DNA of 64,000 bases from Flavobacteriaceae bacterium (GTDB taxonomy: Bacteria; Bacteroidota; Bacteroidia; Flavobacteriales; Flavobacteriaceae). The notes below the pieces were generated by a model that saw only the letters and a list, made by a program, of their open reading frames with translations, was not told where the DNA came from and did not search any database. Of the stretch, positions 62,185 through 64,000 are shown in pieces (within the stretch, counting starts at the first letter, position 1; each line of letters opens with the position of its first letter). Where the stretch lies: contig OZ252001.1 of assembly GCA_965247215.1 (NCBI GenBank), forward strand, positions 1,221,980-1,285,979. Reading direction: 5' to 3'. The position numbers and the translations under genes are program-made.

Positions 62185-63382
62185 GAAGCGTTGATCTTTT
62201 GTTGCTGAGCCCAGCCCACATCACTCCTGCTAAAGATGTAGGCCGAGCCGGCATTGAGAGTGTTTGATGGATCTTCGCCAGGCGCACCCACGACGGCGTA
62301 GTCGCCAGAGATCGATACGGACTGACCAAACAGGCCGTTTGCTCCTTTATCCGAAGCGTTGATCTTTTGTTGCTGAGCCCAGGCTGTATCACTCCTTTTA
62401 AAGATATAGGCCGAGCCAGCATTGAGAGTGCTGATATTGCTAATGCTTGATGGATCTTCATAAGGCGCACCCACGATGGCGTAGTCCCCGTCGATCGATA
62501 CGGAATAGCCAAAATAGTCGCCTGCTCCTTTATCCGAAGCGTTGATCTTTTGTTGCTGGGACCAGGTCGTACCACTCCTTTTAAAGATATAAGCCGAGCC
62601 AGCATCAGTAGTGCTGATATTGCTAATGCTTGATGGATCTTCATAAGGCGCACCCACGATGGCGTAGGCCCCGTTGATCGATACGGACCAGCCAAAATTG
62701 TCGTGTGCTTGTTTATCCGAAGCGTTGATCTTTTGTTGCTGGCTCCAGGTCGTACCACTCCTGTTAAAGATGTAGGCCGAGCCGGCATCAGTAGTGCTGA
62801 TATTGCTAATGCTTGATAGATCTTCATAAGGCGCGCCCACGATGGTGTAGTTCCCAGAGATCGATACGGACCAGCCAAAATAGTCCTTTGCTTCTTTATC
62901 CGAAGCGTTGATCTTTTGTTGCTGGGCCCAGCTCGTACCATTTCTTTTAAAAATGTAGGCCGAGCCGGCATTGAGAGTGCCTGATGGATCTTCCCCAGAC
63001 GCACCCACGATGGCGTAGTCCCCGGAGATCGATACGGAAATGCCAAAAGAGTCGGATGCTTGTGCATCCGAAGCGTTGATCTTTTGTTGCTGAGCCCAGC
63101 CCGCATCACTCCTTTTAAAAATGTAGGCCGAGCCGGCACCTGCAGTGCCTGATGGATCTTCCCCAGACGCACCCACGATGGCGTAGTCGCTGGAGATCGA
63201 TACGGAAACCCCAAAAATGTCGCCTGCTTGTGCATCCGAAGCGGTGATCTTTTGTTGCAGGATCCAGCTCGTACCATTTCTTTTAAAAATGTAGGCTGAA
63301 CCAGTCTGATTTATTGGCTTCTCATACGCACCCACGATGGCGTAGTCCCCGTCGATCGATACGGAATAGCCAAATAAGTCGT
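62185..63382 (-). repeat. seven FG-GAP-like blade repeats (N-terminal propeller)
   Basis: FGxSVSIxGDYAIVGAxxEDPS..AGSAYIFKRxGxxWxQQQKIxASD repeated 7x; three blades carry a SSISNIST insert. Confidence 0.75.
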
Positions 63383-63840
63383 TTGCTTCTCCAATGAGCA
63401 TCTGTACGATCACCGTTAATGTATCGCCTACCGGGACCGTATCACCCGATGCCGGACCGCTGATCGTTGTCCAGGGCACGGCATTGCCATTAGCATCCAC
63501 GGCCACCACCAGGCTGTCGTAATCGACTGCGGCGCTACACTGCCCAGAATCGTTCTCTACCACTACCAACCCTGAAGGGCAGGTGATCGACTGCGCCCAG
63601 ACACCAGGTGCCGTAAATACCGACAAAAAGACCCCAAGCAGCAGCACTCTCAAAAAAGTATTCCATTTAAATACGGAGTAGTAAACCTTCTGTATAGCAG
63701 TTAGAGCATTTAATCGTATCATTGTTTTCATAATTTGTATAGTTAAGTTTATTTGTTGACAAATTTTAAATCGTTTCTATAGGCTTTCTCTGAGCTGCTC
63801 CCGGTCGTCTGAACAGTTTTTTTCATGTGTTTATATATAG

Positions 63841-64000
63841 TTTAGCTAAGCTCTAAGAAGCATATTAAATAGTTGGTGTTTGTACCCGTACCAAGCGGTG
63901 TTTGAGGTTAGGGCAATGGCGGTAAGGGTGGCCATAGGCTGTGTGCTGTGCTCCCTTAAGACGACCATTGCCACCAACGGATTTGCTCTGACAATGCGGG
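63841..64000 (-). mobile_element. second, internally deleted copy of the IS1595-like element (runs off the window)
   Basis: 63841-63950 matches 53916-54013 with a few mismatches and a small insertion; it then jumps to sequence matching 54720-54770 (CCCTTAAGACGACCATTGCCACCAACGGATTTGCTCTGACAATGCGGG). Confidence 0.6.

Larger units (their letters stand above)
54956..63731 (-). pseudogene. giant (~2924 aa) T9SS-secreted HYR / FG-GAP-like repeat adhesin, split by a 1-nt insertion
   Basis: Track ORFs 59952..63731 and 54956..60016 overlap and continue the same 87-aa repeat; N-terminal signal peptide; C-terminal T9SS CTD (VYPNPGVGYYTIEI...VYFIQLKG...VIKQ). Confidence 0.8.

Noticed and set aside
59748-62186. 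812-aa plus-strand ORF plus long minus-strand alternative-frame ORFs (55519..56721, 62156..63277) and a ladder of 67-aa ORFs every 261 nt
   Set aside because: All lie inside the high-GC repeat gene. Their translations are Arg/Pro/Ser-rich low-complexity sequence that simply repeats with the 261- or 168-nt period. The HYR/FG-GAP frame has clear domain logic, a signal peptide and a T9SS CTD. The other frames stay open only because of GC-rich, stop-poor repeats.

Overview
AT-rich chromosomal segment of a Flavobacteriia (Bacteroidota) bacterium. Supporting evidence: gldF-gldG gliding genes, several T9SS C-terminal sorting domains, exact TTTG-N19/21-TAnnTTTG promoters and a Flavobacteriaceae-like 16S fragment. 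The housekeeping genes are ordinary: GNAT, trmD, rluA-like, rplS, icd, murQ, M42 peptidase, purC, phoH, gldFG, dnaN, mnmE. Four things stand out. (1) At 2.6-3.27 kb there is an ORF-free stretch of about 640 nt with its own promoter and terminator and many GNRA-capped hairpins, a candidate large structured ncRNA. (2) At 6.7-18.6 kb lies a decayed accessory region. It holds a DinB-like pseudogene, a frameshifted BfmA/BtgA-like mobilization gene with oriT-like hairpins, and a tightly coupled six-gene minus-strand defence operon (XRE/C-protein, Type III Res, Mod, GIY-YIG protein, 60-aa acidic protein, 811-aa AAA_13/RloC-like ATPase). It also holds T9SS gene fragments and a 16S rRNA gene cut off after about 660 nt that keeps its promoter. 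(3) At 31.3-52.9 kb there is a Wzx/Wzy polysaccharide locus with a PglFEDC-like bacillosamine-type starter pathway, two methyltransferases and sulfotransferase(s). It is contiguous with the PAPS-supply genes cysQ-cysC-cysD-cysN and is interrupted by an IS1380 element. This predicts a sulfated, O-methylated polysaccharide. (4) At 53.9-64.0 kb there is a high-GC foreign island: an IS1595/ISXO2-like element, one 8.8-kb gene for a giant T9SS adhesin, and a second, internally deleted IS copy. The adhesin has two 7-bladed FG-GAP-like propellers plus 20 tandem 261-bp HYR repeats and is split by a 1-nt insertion. The window carries an unusually high number of nonsense- or frameshift-disrupted genes. 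All family assignments come from motif-level reading of the translations. No database search was run.
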